Source: Candidatus Tayloriibacteriota bacterium
Lineage (GTDB): Bacteria; Patescibacteriota; Minisyncoccia; Phycocordibacterales; CAIRYW01
Assembly: GCA_028286725.1 (NCBI GenBank)
Contig: JAQBQZ010000013.1
Span: forward strand, 15,216-79,215
Reading direction: 5' to 3'
Length of the DNA: 64,000 nt
Shown piece after piece: positions 9,189 to 17,715 of the stretch. Below the pieces are notes generated by a model, which did no database searches, was not told the origin of the DNA, and saw only the letters and a program-made list of their open reading frames with translations. The position numbers and the translations under genes were made by a program. Every line of letters starts with the position of its first letter. Position 1 is the first letter of the stretch.

Positions 9189-9842
9189 ATGTCAAAAAAA
9201 CCTACAATAGTAACATTAACCGCCGCCATCCTTATCGTCACTAGTGCTACATTCACAGATAGAGTATTTGCCTCTACTTCTAATCCTTCAATACAAAAAG
9301 TCGAACATATTAAACATTTGGCGAAAGAGAATGGGGTGGTAGGAACTGTTGAATCCATATCAGGTAACATTCTAATAATAAAAGATAAAAATAATGTTTC
9401 TTATAATGTTGATGTGAGTAGTGCAAAATTATTTAAGGCAAAAGATGTCACAATTGCACTATCTGATATCAAGGTCGGAGAGAAAATATTTGCAGCAGGA
9501 ACTGTAACAAATAACACGGTTGTCGCTACAAAAGTATATGATGGTCAAAAAATAAAGACTCATTCTGGTACCAAGAAGGAATTCCAAGGAGTTGCGGGTG
9601 TCGTTACATCAATAAGTGGGCACAGTATTACTCTCACTGGCAAAGATAACATTGTGTATGTAGTTGATGCGACTAATGCAGCGATCAAAAAAGGCAGCGC
9701 AACAAGTACTGTTGATATCTCTCAAATTCAGAGCGGAGATAAGCTTTTTGTGAGAGGTGTTGTCACGGGCACGACTGTTGTTGCAACAAACATTGAAGAC
9801 GGACACAGGACTCACGTTAAAGGGTCAAAGAAAGTAAAATAA
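9189..9842 (+). CDS. secreted protein with two DUF5666-like repeats
   Basis: N-terminal signal/TM; internal duplication (GVVGTVESISGN...VVATKVYDG / GVAGVVTSISGH...VVATNIEDG). Confidence 0.55.
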   Translation: MSKKPTIVTLTAAILIVTSATFTDRVFASTSNPSIQKVEHIKHLAKENGVVGTVESISGNILIIKDKNNVSYNVDVSSAKLFKAKDVTIALSDIKVGEKIFAAGTVTNNTVVATKVYDGQKIKTHSGTKKEFQGVAGVVTSISGHSITLTGKDNIVYVVDATNAAIKKGSATSTVDISQIQSGDKLFVRGVVTGTTVVATNIEDGHRTHVKGSKKVK

Positions 9843-9853
9843 TATTTTTAGAC

Positions 9854-9886
9854 TAAATCTCCGCACCTTTAGGTGTGGAGATTTTT
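9854..9886 (+). terminator. terminator
   Basis: aaatctccgcacctttaggtgtggagattttta. Confidence 0.6.
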
Positions 9887-9913
9887 ATTTGTCTTTTGTG
9901 TTAAACTTATTTC

Positions 9914-10663
9914 ATGAAAAAAAGACATCTCGGAGTTTTAATACTTATAATTATTCTTGCGTTTGTTGCAGGATATTTGTGGCAGGTAACACACAAACTG
10001 GGAGAGCTCAAATCTTCCATTCAAGAAATCAGATTTGGAGGAAAGCAAGATAAATATGAGATAGATGCAGCATACCCAGTGATCGAATCAGGAGTGCCAG
10101 AAAACATAAAAAACAGCATCAATACAGAGCTTGAAAAGTGGGCAAGAGATGGGGCAGAAAAAAGCAAATCAGAATTTGAAGATCTTTTGAAGGATCCAGA
10201 GCTTGCAGGCTCTGATCTCGGGCTTATGTATTCAAGTACTGTGTCCGTCAAAAGCGATTTCAAAAAACTTCCGTACATCAATGTTTCTTTTGAAATCTAT
10301 GATTATTCTGGAGGGGCGCACGGGATCACCGCAGTTTCAACATTTGTCTATGACGCGAATACTGGAGAGAAAATAACTCTAGATAAAGTATTCTCTGGAA
10401 ATTATTTAAATACGCTTTCAACGCTCTCGCTTGCCGAGCTCAAAAAAACAGATCCAAAACTTGAGACATATAGTTTTGCGGAAGATGGGACAAAGCCTGT
10501 GGCTGACAACTTCCAAACATGGACTCTCGAACCTGATGGAATACATTTTGTGTTTAGTGATTATCAGGTTGGTCCATACTCTAGCGGAAGACCAGAGATC
10601 GTACTTTCTTATGAATCGCTAAATAGCGTTCTTAATCCAGAATTCAAGAAATCTCTTTATTAA
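9914..10663 (+). CDS. membrane-anchored DUF4163/DUF3298-type protein
   Basis: N-terminal TM; YPVIESGVPENIKNSINTELEKWA and SGGAHGITAVSTFVYD motifs. Confidence 0.5.
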   Translation: MKKRHLGVLILIIILAFVAGYLWQVTHKLGELKSSIQEIRFGGKQDKYEIDAAYPVIESGVPENIKNSINTELEKWARDGAEKSKSEFEDLLKDPELAGSDLGLMYSSTVSVKSDFKKLPYINVSFEIYDYSGGAHGITAVSTFVYDANTGEKITLDKVFSGNYLNTLSTLSLAELKKTDPKLETYSFAEDGTKPVADNFQTWTLEPDGIHFVFSDYQVGPYSSGRPEIVLSYESLNSVLNPEFKKSLY

Positions 10664-10742
10664 TAGGCTATCAAAAGAAATACTAGATTTATATTGATTT
10701 TTCTGGTATAAATTGATTACTTCATATTTTTGAAGGATGTAT

Positions 10743-10814
10743 GGCGACTATAGTTTAGTGGCAAAACTCCGGTTTGTGGAACCGGTATCGAGAGTTCGAT
10801 TCTCTCTAGCCGCC
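10743..10814 (+). tRNA. tRNA-His (anticodon GTG) with encoded G-1
   Basis: Extra 5-prime G pairs with discriminator C73. Acceptor GCGACTA/TAGCCGC has one A-C mismatch. D-arm GTTT AGTGGCA AAAC, anticodon CCGGT TTGTGGA ACCGG, T-arm GAGAG TTCGATT CTCTC. Confidence 0.75.
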
Positions 10815-10829
10815 CATGATTTAAAAAAG

Positions 10830-10860
10830 AAAACACCCTCTGCTGGGTGTTTTCTTTTTT
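10830..10860 (+). terminator. terminator after tRNA-His
   Basis: aaaacaccctctgctgggtgtttt followed by a T-run. Confidence 0.6.
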
Positions 10861-10872
10861 AATCACAGCGAA

Positions 10873-11104
10873 GCTAGAGAGAATCGAATGGCGGAGGCAT
10901 ATTTTCTGAGTACAGAAAATGCCGAGCCGGTGCCCAGGACAAATACGAGCGACGGCGAGTATTTAGTCCGCGGGCGATTCTCTCTAGCCCTCGGGGACTT
11001 GCGTGAGAGAATCGAAGCCCGATTGAGCAAATTTTGAGAGTGAAGCGAATCAAAATTTCCAATCGGGATACTGGTCGTGTAACGACCGATAGCTCTCTAG
11101 CCGC
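10873..11104. repeat. cluster of four partial tRNA-His 3-prime-half copies, alternating inverted and direct
   Basis: A inverted 10873-10888 gctagagagaatcgaa; B direct 10976-10990 cgattctctctagcc; C inverted 11005-11016 gagagaatcgaa; D direct 11088-11104 cgatagctctctagccgc. B and C form a long imperfect hairpin. Confidence 0.7.
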
Positions 11105-11129
11105 TTCCCAAATCTGCTATAATTATCTA

Positions 11130-11750
11130 ATGACCACCCTCCCAATTATCGGTATGAGCCCAGGCAATAGCTACTTTAAATATGGAGTAGTAAAAGAATT
11201 ACTTCAGAAAGTTGTAGAGAAATATGGAAAAGCTGCAATCATGATTGCCGATGTTCCAGCGATTTCAACTTATGTTGCACTTGGGTATCCTCAGAATAGA
11301 GCAAGAAGGGATAAAGCTCTTCCTCAAGGTAATGCGCTCAAAAATAAAGTTAAGAAAGCTATGGTTGAATTAGGCTACAGCGCAGATCAAGTGATAATTA
11401 TTGATTGGAAAAATCAAATTGAAAATAATTCAGAATACAAAGAAAAATATAGTTTGATAGAAGGGTTGTATCAAACCAATTCTTTGTTTCAAAACGCTGC
11501 AGACGCTACGACAAAAGGTATATTGGCTGGCGCAGGCGAGGAGATTCTTGATTTACCTGATTCAATAAAAATCGCTGCGCATTATCTCTTGGCAGAGATC
11601 GCTTTTATGGAATTTGCTCCAGACTTTTTGAAAGTAAAAAAGGCTACATATATTTACCATAGAAGCTGGCCAGTATTTGAAAGTTATATAGACGGGAAGT
11701 TTGATGATAAATCAAAAGATTATTTAGGATTTGAGATTATTGAGATTTAA
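11130..11750 (+). CDS. tRNA-dependent cyclodipeptide synthase (CDPS, AlbC-like)
   Basis: GMSPGNSYF pocket motif (AlbC has GISAGNSYF, with the catalytic Ser), HYLLAEIAF (Y-x-x-x-E pair) and ATYIYH. Start at 11130 (MTTLPIIG) preferred; the ORF is open from 11034 through repeat D. Confidence 0.7.
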   Translation: MTTLPIIGMSPGNSYFKYGVVKELLQKVVEKYGKAAIMIADVPAISTYVALGYPQNRARRDKALPQGNALKNKVKKAMVELGYSADQVIIIDWKNQIENNSEYKEKYSLIEGLYQTNSLFQNAADATTKGILAGAGEEILDLPDSIKIAAHYLLAEIAFMEFAPDFLKVKKATYIYHRSWPVFESYIDGKFDDKSKDYLGFEIIEI

Positions 11751-11773
11751 AAGTTATGAGAGGAATTACATTT

Positions 11774-11791
11774 GTTCAATTCTCTCCAGCC
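11774..11791. repeat. direct repeat of the tRNA-His 3-prime end (attR-like), just after the CDPS gene
   Basis: gttcaattctctccagcc against tRNA gttcgattctctctagcc, 16 of 18 identical. Confidence 0.6.
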
Positions 11792-11817
11792 TTATTTTTT
11801 TTGCTATACTTTAAATT

Positions 11818-12411
11818 ATGGGCGACTATAAAACTATCATAAGCATTATTGCGGTTCTTCTCGTTCTAATTGGTTATTTTTCCTATATTCGCGATATTTT
11901 TAAAACAAAAACTACTCCTCATCTTTTTACGTGGTTCATTTGGTCACTTGCTGTTAGTGTTTCTGCCGCGTTACAGATCTTGGGAGGAGCGGGGGTAGGG
12001 GCGTGGACAACCATTGTGACCGCATTGGTCTGTTGTTTTATTCTCTTTCTTTCTTTTAAATATGGAGATAAAAATTATAGTAAGAGTGATATTTTATTTT
12101 TAGCTCTCGCTTTAATTTCTTTAGCGCTTTGGGTTTTTGTAAAACAGCCAGTCTGGTCAGTTGTCCTGATCGTCGCAACTGATATTCTTGGATTTGTTCC
12201 AACAGTAAGAAAGTCTTGGGATAAACCCTATTCAGAAACACTTTCAACTTATCAAATCACGGGCCTTCGTCATGCTTTGAGTATTGTTGCTCTTGAGAAA
12301 TTAAATATTCTCACACTTCTTTATCCTGTTGCTTGGACTTTGGCTAATATCCTATTTAGTATTATGCTTATAATAAGAAGAAAAATGATTAAGAGTGGAG
12401 ATCTGCTCTAG
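11818..12411 (+). CDS. hypothetical 6-TM membrane protein
   Basis: Hydrophobic helices throughout; lies outside the attR-like repeat. Confidence 0.45.
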   Translation: MGDYKTIISIIAVLLVLIGYFSYIRDIFKTKTTPHLFTWFIWSLAVSVSAALQILGGAGVGAWTTIVTALVCCFILFLSFKYGDKNYSKSDILFLALALISLALWVFVKQPVWSVVLIVATDILGFVPTVRKSWDKPYSETLSTYQITGLRHALSIVALEKLNILTLLYPVAWTLANILFSIMLIIRRKMIKSGDLL

Positions 12412-13258
12412 TTTTTTCGCTCAACCTATTTGCTTTTAAATACGCCAATGCACCATACAAGCCGGTTTCATCTCCTAGAGATGCTTTTATAATCGGTGGA
12501 ATTTTTGGAAAAATCGTTTCCATTTTTTTGAGATAGTCTTTAACTAGCGGTATAGAAATATGTGATTTTCCGAGCATCATCGAACCTCCTAAAATGATGA
12601 CATCTGGTGTCCAAAATACAATTACGTTGTTCAAACCTACAGCCAGATTTTGTGCTGCCTCATTCCATATTTTCGGATCTTTTATATTCTCTGCATCTCT
12701 GCCGTATCGATTTTGAAATGCTGTTCCTGAAATATAAGCTTCAAGATGTCCTTTACCTCTACATCCACAAAATAATCCTTCCGGCGCAATGATCTGATGT
12801 CCTGGCTCAAATCCAATGAGACCTTTCCCGATATTTTTATAAGCAATTCTCGCGCCTCCTACACCTGTTGATACTGTCAGATATGCGACAATGTTAAAAC
12901 GTTTTCCTTTCCCAAATACTGCTTCGCCCAAACCTGCTGCCACCGTGTCGTTTAGAATCTTAACAGGAACACCGATCGCTTTTTCTAAGGAATTTTTGAG
13001 TGGTTTCCCTGACCATTCTTTTTTGTTGGGTGAATTTATAATCTTCTCTCCCTTTTTGTCGAGAAGACCTGCAATGCATCCGACACATTTATCAATTTTT
13101 TCTCCTTTGGATAATTCTTTTGCAGTTTCTTTAAAGAGGGTGATCCCATCTTTGAAACTCTCTGGGGTACCAACTATCTTGGATCTCAAAATAGTCTTAC
13201 TGTTTTTGGATACGGCTAGTCGCATTTTGGTTCCTCCAATATCAAAAATGAGAATCAT
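12389..13258 (-). CDS. ROK-family sugar kinase (glucokinase-like)
   Basis: N-terminal DIGGT and a CGCRGKGHLE zinc motif. Confidence 0.7.
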   Translation of the reverse strand: MILIFDIGGTKMRLAVSKNSKTILRSKIVGTPESFKDGITLFKETAKELSKGEKIDKCVGCIAGLLDKKGEKIINSPNKKEWSGKPLKNSLEKAIGVPVKILNDTVAAGLGEAVFGKGKRFNIVAYLTVSTGVGGARIAYKNIGKGLIGFEPGHQIIAPEGLFCGCRGKGHLEAYISGTAFQNRYGRDAENIKDPKIWNEAAQNLAVGLNNVIVFWTPDVIILGGSMMLGKSHISIPLVKDYLKKMETIFPKIPPIIKASLGDETGLYGALAYLKANRLSEKTRADLHS

Positions 13259-13322
13259 AAATGCTTTGACGCATTGAAGAGAGGAATCTTACACCTTCAT
13301 TCGTTTCTGCTATACTTATCTC

Positions 13323-13691
13323 ATGAAATCCTCAACACAACCAGCGTCTCAAATCTGCTCTATTTGTCATGCGTCAATACTGCCTTCATATTATTTCTGT
13401 CCAAACTGCGGCAATAAAGTAAACACTCCACCTCTCTCAACATCAATTACAACTCAGATCGGTATCTATGCTTTTAGTATCATTCTTCCAATGATTGGTT
13501 TTATACTTGTGACTAAATGGCCCGGAGTTCAATATTTCAAATCAAAAGATGAGAAAACAAAAAAGATCGGGATCATCGCATGGTCTCTTCTTATACTTTC
13601 AACACTCATCACGATCTGGCTTGCGTATATATGGACGCTCGACACGATTCAGTCGGTAAGTCAGAGTATTAATACAGACATGGGCTTTTAA
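13323..13691 (+). CDS. zinc-ribbon-containing membrane protein
   Basis: CSIC...CPNCG followed by TM helices. Confidence 0.4.
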   Translation: MKSSTQPASQICSICHASILPSYYFCPNCGNKVNTPPLSTSITTQIGIYAFSIILPMIGFILVTKWPGVQYFKSKDEKTKKIGIIAWSLLILSTLITIWLAYIWTLDTIQSVSQSINTDMGF

Positions 13692-13704
13692 TTTTTACAA
13701 TTAT

Positions 13705-15123
13705 TTAACTTAATTTTCTGATAACTCCCTTTTCCGCATCTACTTCTACCATATCACCATCTTTGAAAACCATTGTTGCAATCTTGGTGCCTATAATGCA
13801 AGGTTTATTCATTTCTCTGGCGACTATTGAAGCATGGCTCGTAATACCGCCCTCATTTGTTACAAATGCGGCAGCCATCTCCATAATAGGTACAAAATCC
13901 ACAGATGTCATACTGCTTACAAGAATGTCACCTTTCTTGAATTTCTCAAATTCTCCTCTATGAAAGACAATTTTTACTGGACCTATTACTTTACCTTTGT
14001 TAGCAACAATCCCCTTAAGTTCGAATCCCTTTGTAGAAATCTGATCAGAAGAATTATGAGATTCTTGATTAGGAAAAATATTCAAATCTTTAGCTTTAAT
14101 AAAAGACATGCTACCTTTTTTGTCTACAACTCTCCCAACCACTTTTCTTTGCATCTTAATCTTGGGTATCAGAATTTTTTTGCCTGCCATAAGGCCTTTC
14201 ATTTCATCTGGTGTAAGGTAAAAGCAATCTCGCCAATCTTCAGAACCTCCAAGTTTTGCTATTTTTAAAAACACACTTCTATATTCAAGTGATACTTTGC
14301 AAAATATATTCTTTCTAAATTCATTCAGAGTTGTGCATATTCCTAATGCATTTGCTAGATTCAAAACATGGGTATTTTTTATCTTTCTCAATAGGTCTTT
14401 TTTATTTCTTAGCTTATCTTGATGATTTTGAAGCATCTTCCTCAGGGAAGCTTCTGGATCTTTGCCGCTAATCTCTTTTAATTGTTGCAGAGCGTCAGCC
14501 ATTGTCCACGGATCTTCACAGAAATTTACAGGAATATGCTGAAATCTCTTAAGCCAGGTTCTAAGTTTCTTTTCTCTATCCAACTCTTTTAGAGATGCAA
14601 TCTTCAAGAGCTCTATCCGAGATAGTGTCAAAGGTGTATTTTTTTCTGGATAACTAACATAAGAAATAATTGAGTCTATATCGTCAATATTAAGATCTTT
14701 GAGTTTGTCACGAAGTGCTGAATAATCAACAATACCCATAACTCGCGTGATTAAAAGACCTGAACAAAATCTTGAATATTGTCTAAAGAATAGTTCAAGG
14801 TTGCGAGAGTTGGTGTTTTTATTCAATCGCTGAAGTGAAAGAAGAAACTCCTGGGCAAATTTTTTGTAGTAAGTTTGTAATGCTCTTATTTTTTTTGGAT
14901 CGTGAGACATTTTAACCAGACCTTTGCCAAAAATATCTAAAGAGTTCTTTTCATAAAAAATATCAGTCTTGGTACCATCAGATGTTATTGAACCGCTGAG
15001 TGGGGCCTGCGGAGCGCCAAAATCAATGGTATGTGTAAATCCAGCACTAAGACATTGGTGTAAAAAGGATAGATTGCGATTTACCCCTGTGGTCCATATT
15101 TTATTTTTGTACTTAATATCCAT
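13705..15123 (-). CDS. protein with a C-terminal PEP-utilizing-enzyme mobile (swivel His) domain
   Basis: GGITSHASIVAREMNKPCIIG near the C-terminus; the N-terminal ~350 aa is unassigned. Confidence 0.5.
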   Translation of the reverse strand: MDIKYKNKIWTTGVNRNLSFLHQCLSAGFTHTIDFGAPQAPLSGSITSDGTKTDIFYEKNSLDIFGKGLVKMSHDPKKIRALQTYYKKFAQEFLLSLQRLNKNTNSRNLELFFRQYSRFCSGLLITRVMGIVDYSALRDKLKDLNIDDIDSIISYVSYPEKNTPLTLSRIELLKIASLKELDREKKLRTWLKRFQHIPVNFCEDPWTMADALQQLKEISGKDPEASLRKMLQNHQDKLRNKKDLLRKIKNTHVLNLANALGICTTLNEFRKNIFCKVSLEYRSVFLKIAKLGGSEDWRDCFYLTPDEMKGLMAGKKILIPKIKMQRKVVGRVVDKKGSMSFIKAKDLNIFPNQESHNSSDQISTKGFELKGIVANKGKVIGPVKIVFHRGEFEKFKKGDILVSSMTSVDFVPIMEMAAAFVTNEGGITSHASIVAREMNKPCIIGTKIATMVFKDGDMVEVDAEKGVIRKLS

Positions 15124-15229
15124 TATTTTTTTAAAAAGTAAATCTGTAGTTTGTAGCTACGATAGAGGTTTTTCAGTTATGTATTTAATAATTAGATGAG
15201 CTGCATTTCTGCTTTCACAGATATGTGAT

Positions 15230-15685
15230 TCATTTTACTAAAACCGCTGCAGGGAAGTCCTCGTGCCAGTTACCGCTTAGAAGATAATTGCCAAATACCC
15301 AATTGCCGCCAGTCCAGGAAATATATCGAACATAGAGATCTCCTTCAGGACTTCGATCTATCGTGCCCCAGAAAAATATATATTGAGCATTATCTTTTGG
15401 ACCGATCTTCCAGTTCTCAGGGATTTCATTGTGATGGTCTCTTAAATATTGCCAGATTGTTGCATTAAGTACATTTATATTCTGCTCTTTGAGATGTTCG
15501 TAGAGATCGTTGCCGCGGATCGAGCCTCCGAGTTGTACAGGATCGAGGTGGAGGTTAAGTTTTTCTTTGATATCTGCAAATACAATAACACCATCGTGCG
15601 TCCAGTTTTCAGCAATGGTCCAGAGCTCTCCATATATATGTGGGTTTTGTGTTGTATCTATAGGTGTCAGTGTCGTGTCTGTCAT
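15230..15685 (-). CDS. hypothetical protein
   Basis: 151-aa ORF; family not recognised. Confidence 0.4.
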   Translation of the reverse strand: MTDTTLTPIDTTQNPHIYGELWTIAENWTHDGVIVFADIKEKLNLHLDPVQLGGSIRGNDLYEHLKEQNINVLNATIWQYLRDHHNEIPENWKIGPKDNAQYIFFWGTIDRSPEGDLYVRYISWTGGNWVFGNYLLSGNWHEDFPAAVLVK

Positions 15686-15818
15686 CGCATAATAATTATA
15701 TGCCTTTCAAATTTAAAAACAAACAAAGCTTTTGGTATAAGTTATAAACAGTCCTTGTGTAAATATTTTTTTTGTTTGCTATAATAATAGGGAAGGCAAG
15801 TTGAATTATGTTTGAACA

Positions 15819-16130
15819 ATGATCCTCAATAATCTCAAAAAAATAACTTCAACAATTCTCGTTATCGCATCATTTATTTTTGGTGCGAATATTATTTATT
15901 CTTGGACTGCTCCATCAGGTACTCCTCCGACAGCTGATGCACCGACTCCTATAAACATCGGCCCTAATACTCAACTCAAGACTGGAGCGTTTGGAATAGA
16001 TGGTAATTTTTTGGTAGTAGGTAACACAGCATTCACAGGTAAAATAAAGATTGCTGACGGATCACAGGGTGCAGGGAAGTACCTAACATCAGACAAGGAC
16101 GGAAACGCTACTTGGAAGCAATTACCATAA
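15819..16130 (+). CDS. secreted protein, paralog 1 of a three-member family (short form)
   Basis: N-terminal TM, W-x-A-P-S/T-x-P-P, PINxG, QLKxGxxGI/V, GKxxxADG, GNAxWKxLP. Confidence 0.55.
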   Translation: MILNNLKKITSTILVIASFIFGANIIYSWTAPSGTPPTADAPTPINIGPNTQLKTGAFGIDGNFLVVGNTAFTGKIKIADGSQGAGKYLTSDKDGNATWKQLP

Positions 16131-16140
16131 TTTTCTTCAT

Positions 16141-16473
16141 ATGGATCTACACATACAGCAAAAATCTTTTCTCGATATCTTTCTTAAGACGCTTATTTAT
16201 CTTGTTCTCGCCTTTATTATCGTTTGGAGCAGTGTTGTTGCGTATGATGAATATGATATTTATGCAACGGTCTTTCCAGAAGTTATTCCATATACTCCTC
16301 CAGTAGCAGCACCTCTTACAGATTCTGAAAAAGCAGACATTGCAGAAAACCTCAACGCAACGACCACGGTATTTAAACCTGAAGATGCGGCACAAAAATT
16401 AAATGCTATTCCAAAACCAAAAAGCACTTTAACGGATGAAGAGAAAAATAAGATCTTGCAGGGACTAGAATAA
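16141..16473 (+). CDS. small membrane protein
   Basis: TM helix; Pro/Ala-rich tail. Confidence 0.35.
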   Translation: MDLHIQQKSFLDIFLKTLIYLVLAFIIVWSSVVAYDEYDIYATVFPEVIPYTPPVAAPLTDSEKADIAENLNATTTVFKPEDAAQKLNAIPKPKSTLTDEEKNKILQGLE

Positions 16474-16477
16474 ATTT

Positions 16478-17068
16478 ATGAAAAGAAATATATACATCAT
16501 TTTGGCTTTAATTTTTCTCGGCGCTGGTGCCGTCAATCTTTATGCATGGAAAACACCGACTGCAACTCCACCTTCTCAAGGTGTTCAGCCACCAGTAACC
16601 GCTCTCATCAATGAACAGCTCAAAGCTGGAACACTTGGTGTAAACGGTATGTTCGCGGTATTCGGTAATGCTGTTTTGTCTGGAGGAGTTAAGATTGCTG
16701 ACGGAACACAAAAAGAATTCTATGTACTGACATCTGACAGTGCGGGTAATGCATCATGGAAATCTCTTCCTGCTAAGCCTGTAACTACACACAAGCTTGG
16801 TCTCGGGGATTGTCCAGCAGGTTCTACTAAAATGACTGATCGTGGGCTCGCATATTGTGGATACTGGGTAAACACTGGTGCGGCATCATATTGTAATAAA
16901 GGGGATCTTCGTATCGCCGCTGTTGATACAGGGACAAGCGCACACAAAGGAGGGAACCACGGTATAACACTTGCCGAGCCTAATGGATGTATCGGATGGG
17001 AAGGGCCAAGCAACTTTGGTGGCCCTGGATGTGCGGTACAATGTCGAACAACAACGGTATACCAATAA
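16478..17068 (+). CDS. secreted protein, paralog 2, with a Cys-rich C-terminal domain
   Basis: Same N-terminal module as paralog 1, plus a C-terminal 8-Cys domain. Confidence 0.55.
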   Translation: MKRNIYIILALIFLGAGAVNLYAWKTPTATPPSQGVQPPVTALINEQLKAGTLGVNGMFAVFGNAVLSGGVKIADGTQKEFYVLTSDSAGNASWKSLPAKPVTTHKLGLGDCPAGSTKMTDRGLAYCGYWVNTGAASYCNKGDLRIAAVDTGTSAHKGGNHGITLAEPNGCIGWEGPSNFGGPGCAVQCRTTTVYQ

Positions 17069-17073
17069 AATCT

Positions 17074-17703
17074 ATGAATAAAAAAATAAAAACATTAATA
17101 TTCTTGTCTACTGCGTTTGCACTCGTTGTTACTTTAAATGATGTAGTAACGTCTTGGGCTCCGCCAACATCAAGCGCTCCTGCAGGAGACACTGTGCCTC
17201 CAATAAATGAAGGATCTACTGCACAGAGAAAATTAGGTAACTTGGGTGTTGGAGGACTAGCATCATTTGGAGGCGCGACATTTACAGGTAAGGTTCAGAT
17301 CAAGAATGGTACAGAAGGCGAGGGAAGAATATTGGTCACTGATGGTGTGGGAAATACAAGATGGGTAACACCTCCTGTATATAATCCAAATGGAGCATGC
17401 CCAGACGGTACGGTGAAAAGAAGTGATGGGCAGTGCGGGTATGCATACACACTAACTAGTAGTGGATATTTTTACTGTTCTCCTGGTGATGACCGAACTT
17501 CTTGGTATGACTCAGGACAGGGACGAAATCACACTGCGGGACCACTCGAACCAAATGGTTGTTATGCATTTGAAGGAAGACACAACAACGGAGGGCCTGG
17601 CTGTACCATGACTTGTATTGGAGCTGTTAAAATGTGTATGAAGATTGTGAATGGGGATGCAGAGTGGTATCTCTCAGGTCCAGATAAGGTTTGTAATCAA
17701 TAA
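17074..17703 (+). CDS. secreted protein, paralog 3, with a divergent Cys-rich C-terminal domain
   Basis: Start at MNKKIK (the ORF is open upstream into paralog 2). Shared N-terminal module with a different Cys-rich C-terminus. Confidence 0.55.
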   Translation: MNKKIKTLIFLSTAFALVVTLNDVVTSWAPPTSSAPAGDTVPPINEGSTAQRKLGNLGVGGLASFGGATFTGKVQIKNGTEGEGRILVTDGVGNTRWVTPPVYNPNGACPDGTVKRSDGQCGYAYTLTSSGYFYCSPGDDRTSWYDSGQGRNHTAGPLEPNGCYAFEGRHNNGGPGCTMTCIGAVKMCMKIVNGDAEWYLSGPDKVCNQ

Positions 17704-17715
17704 CTAAAAGCAGTT

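Larger units (their letters stand above)
10743..11791 (+). mobile_element. putative degenerate tRNA-His-targeted mini-island with CDPS as sole cargo and no integrase
   Basis: Bounded by the tRNA gene and a direct repeat of its 3-prime end, with internal att-like scars. Confidence 0.35.

Noticed and set aside
10874-11062. 62-aa minus-strand ORF
   Set aside because: It is composed almost entirely of the inverted and direct tRNA-His fragment repeats, so coding is implausible.
13834-14268. 144-aa plus-strand ORF
   Set aside because: It is antisense to the PEP-utilizing-enzyme gene and is low-complexity and AT-rich.
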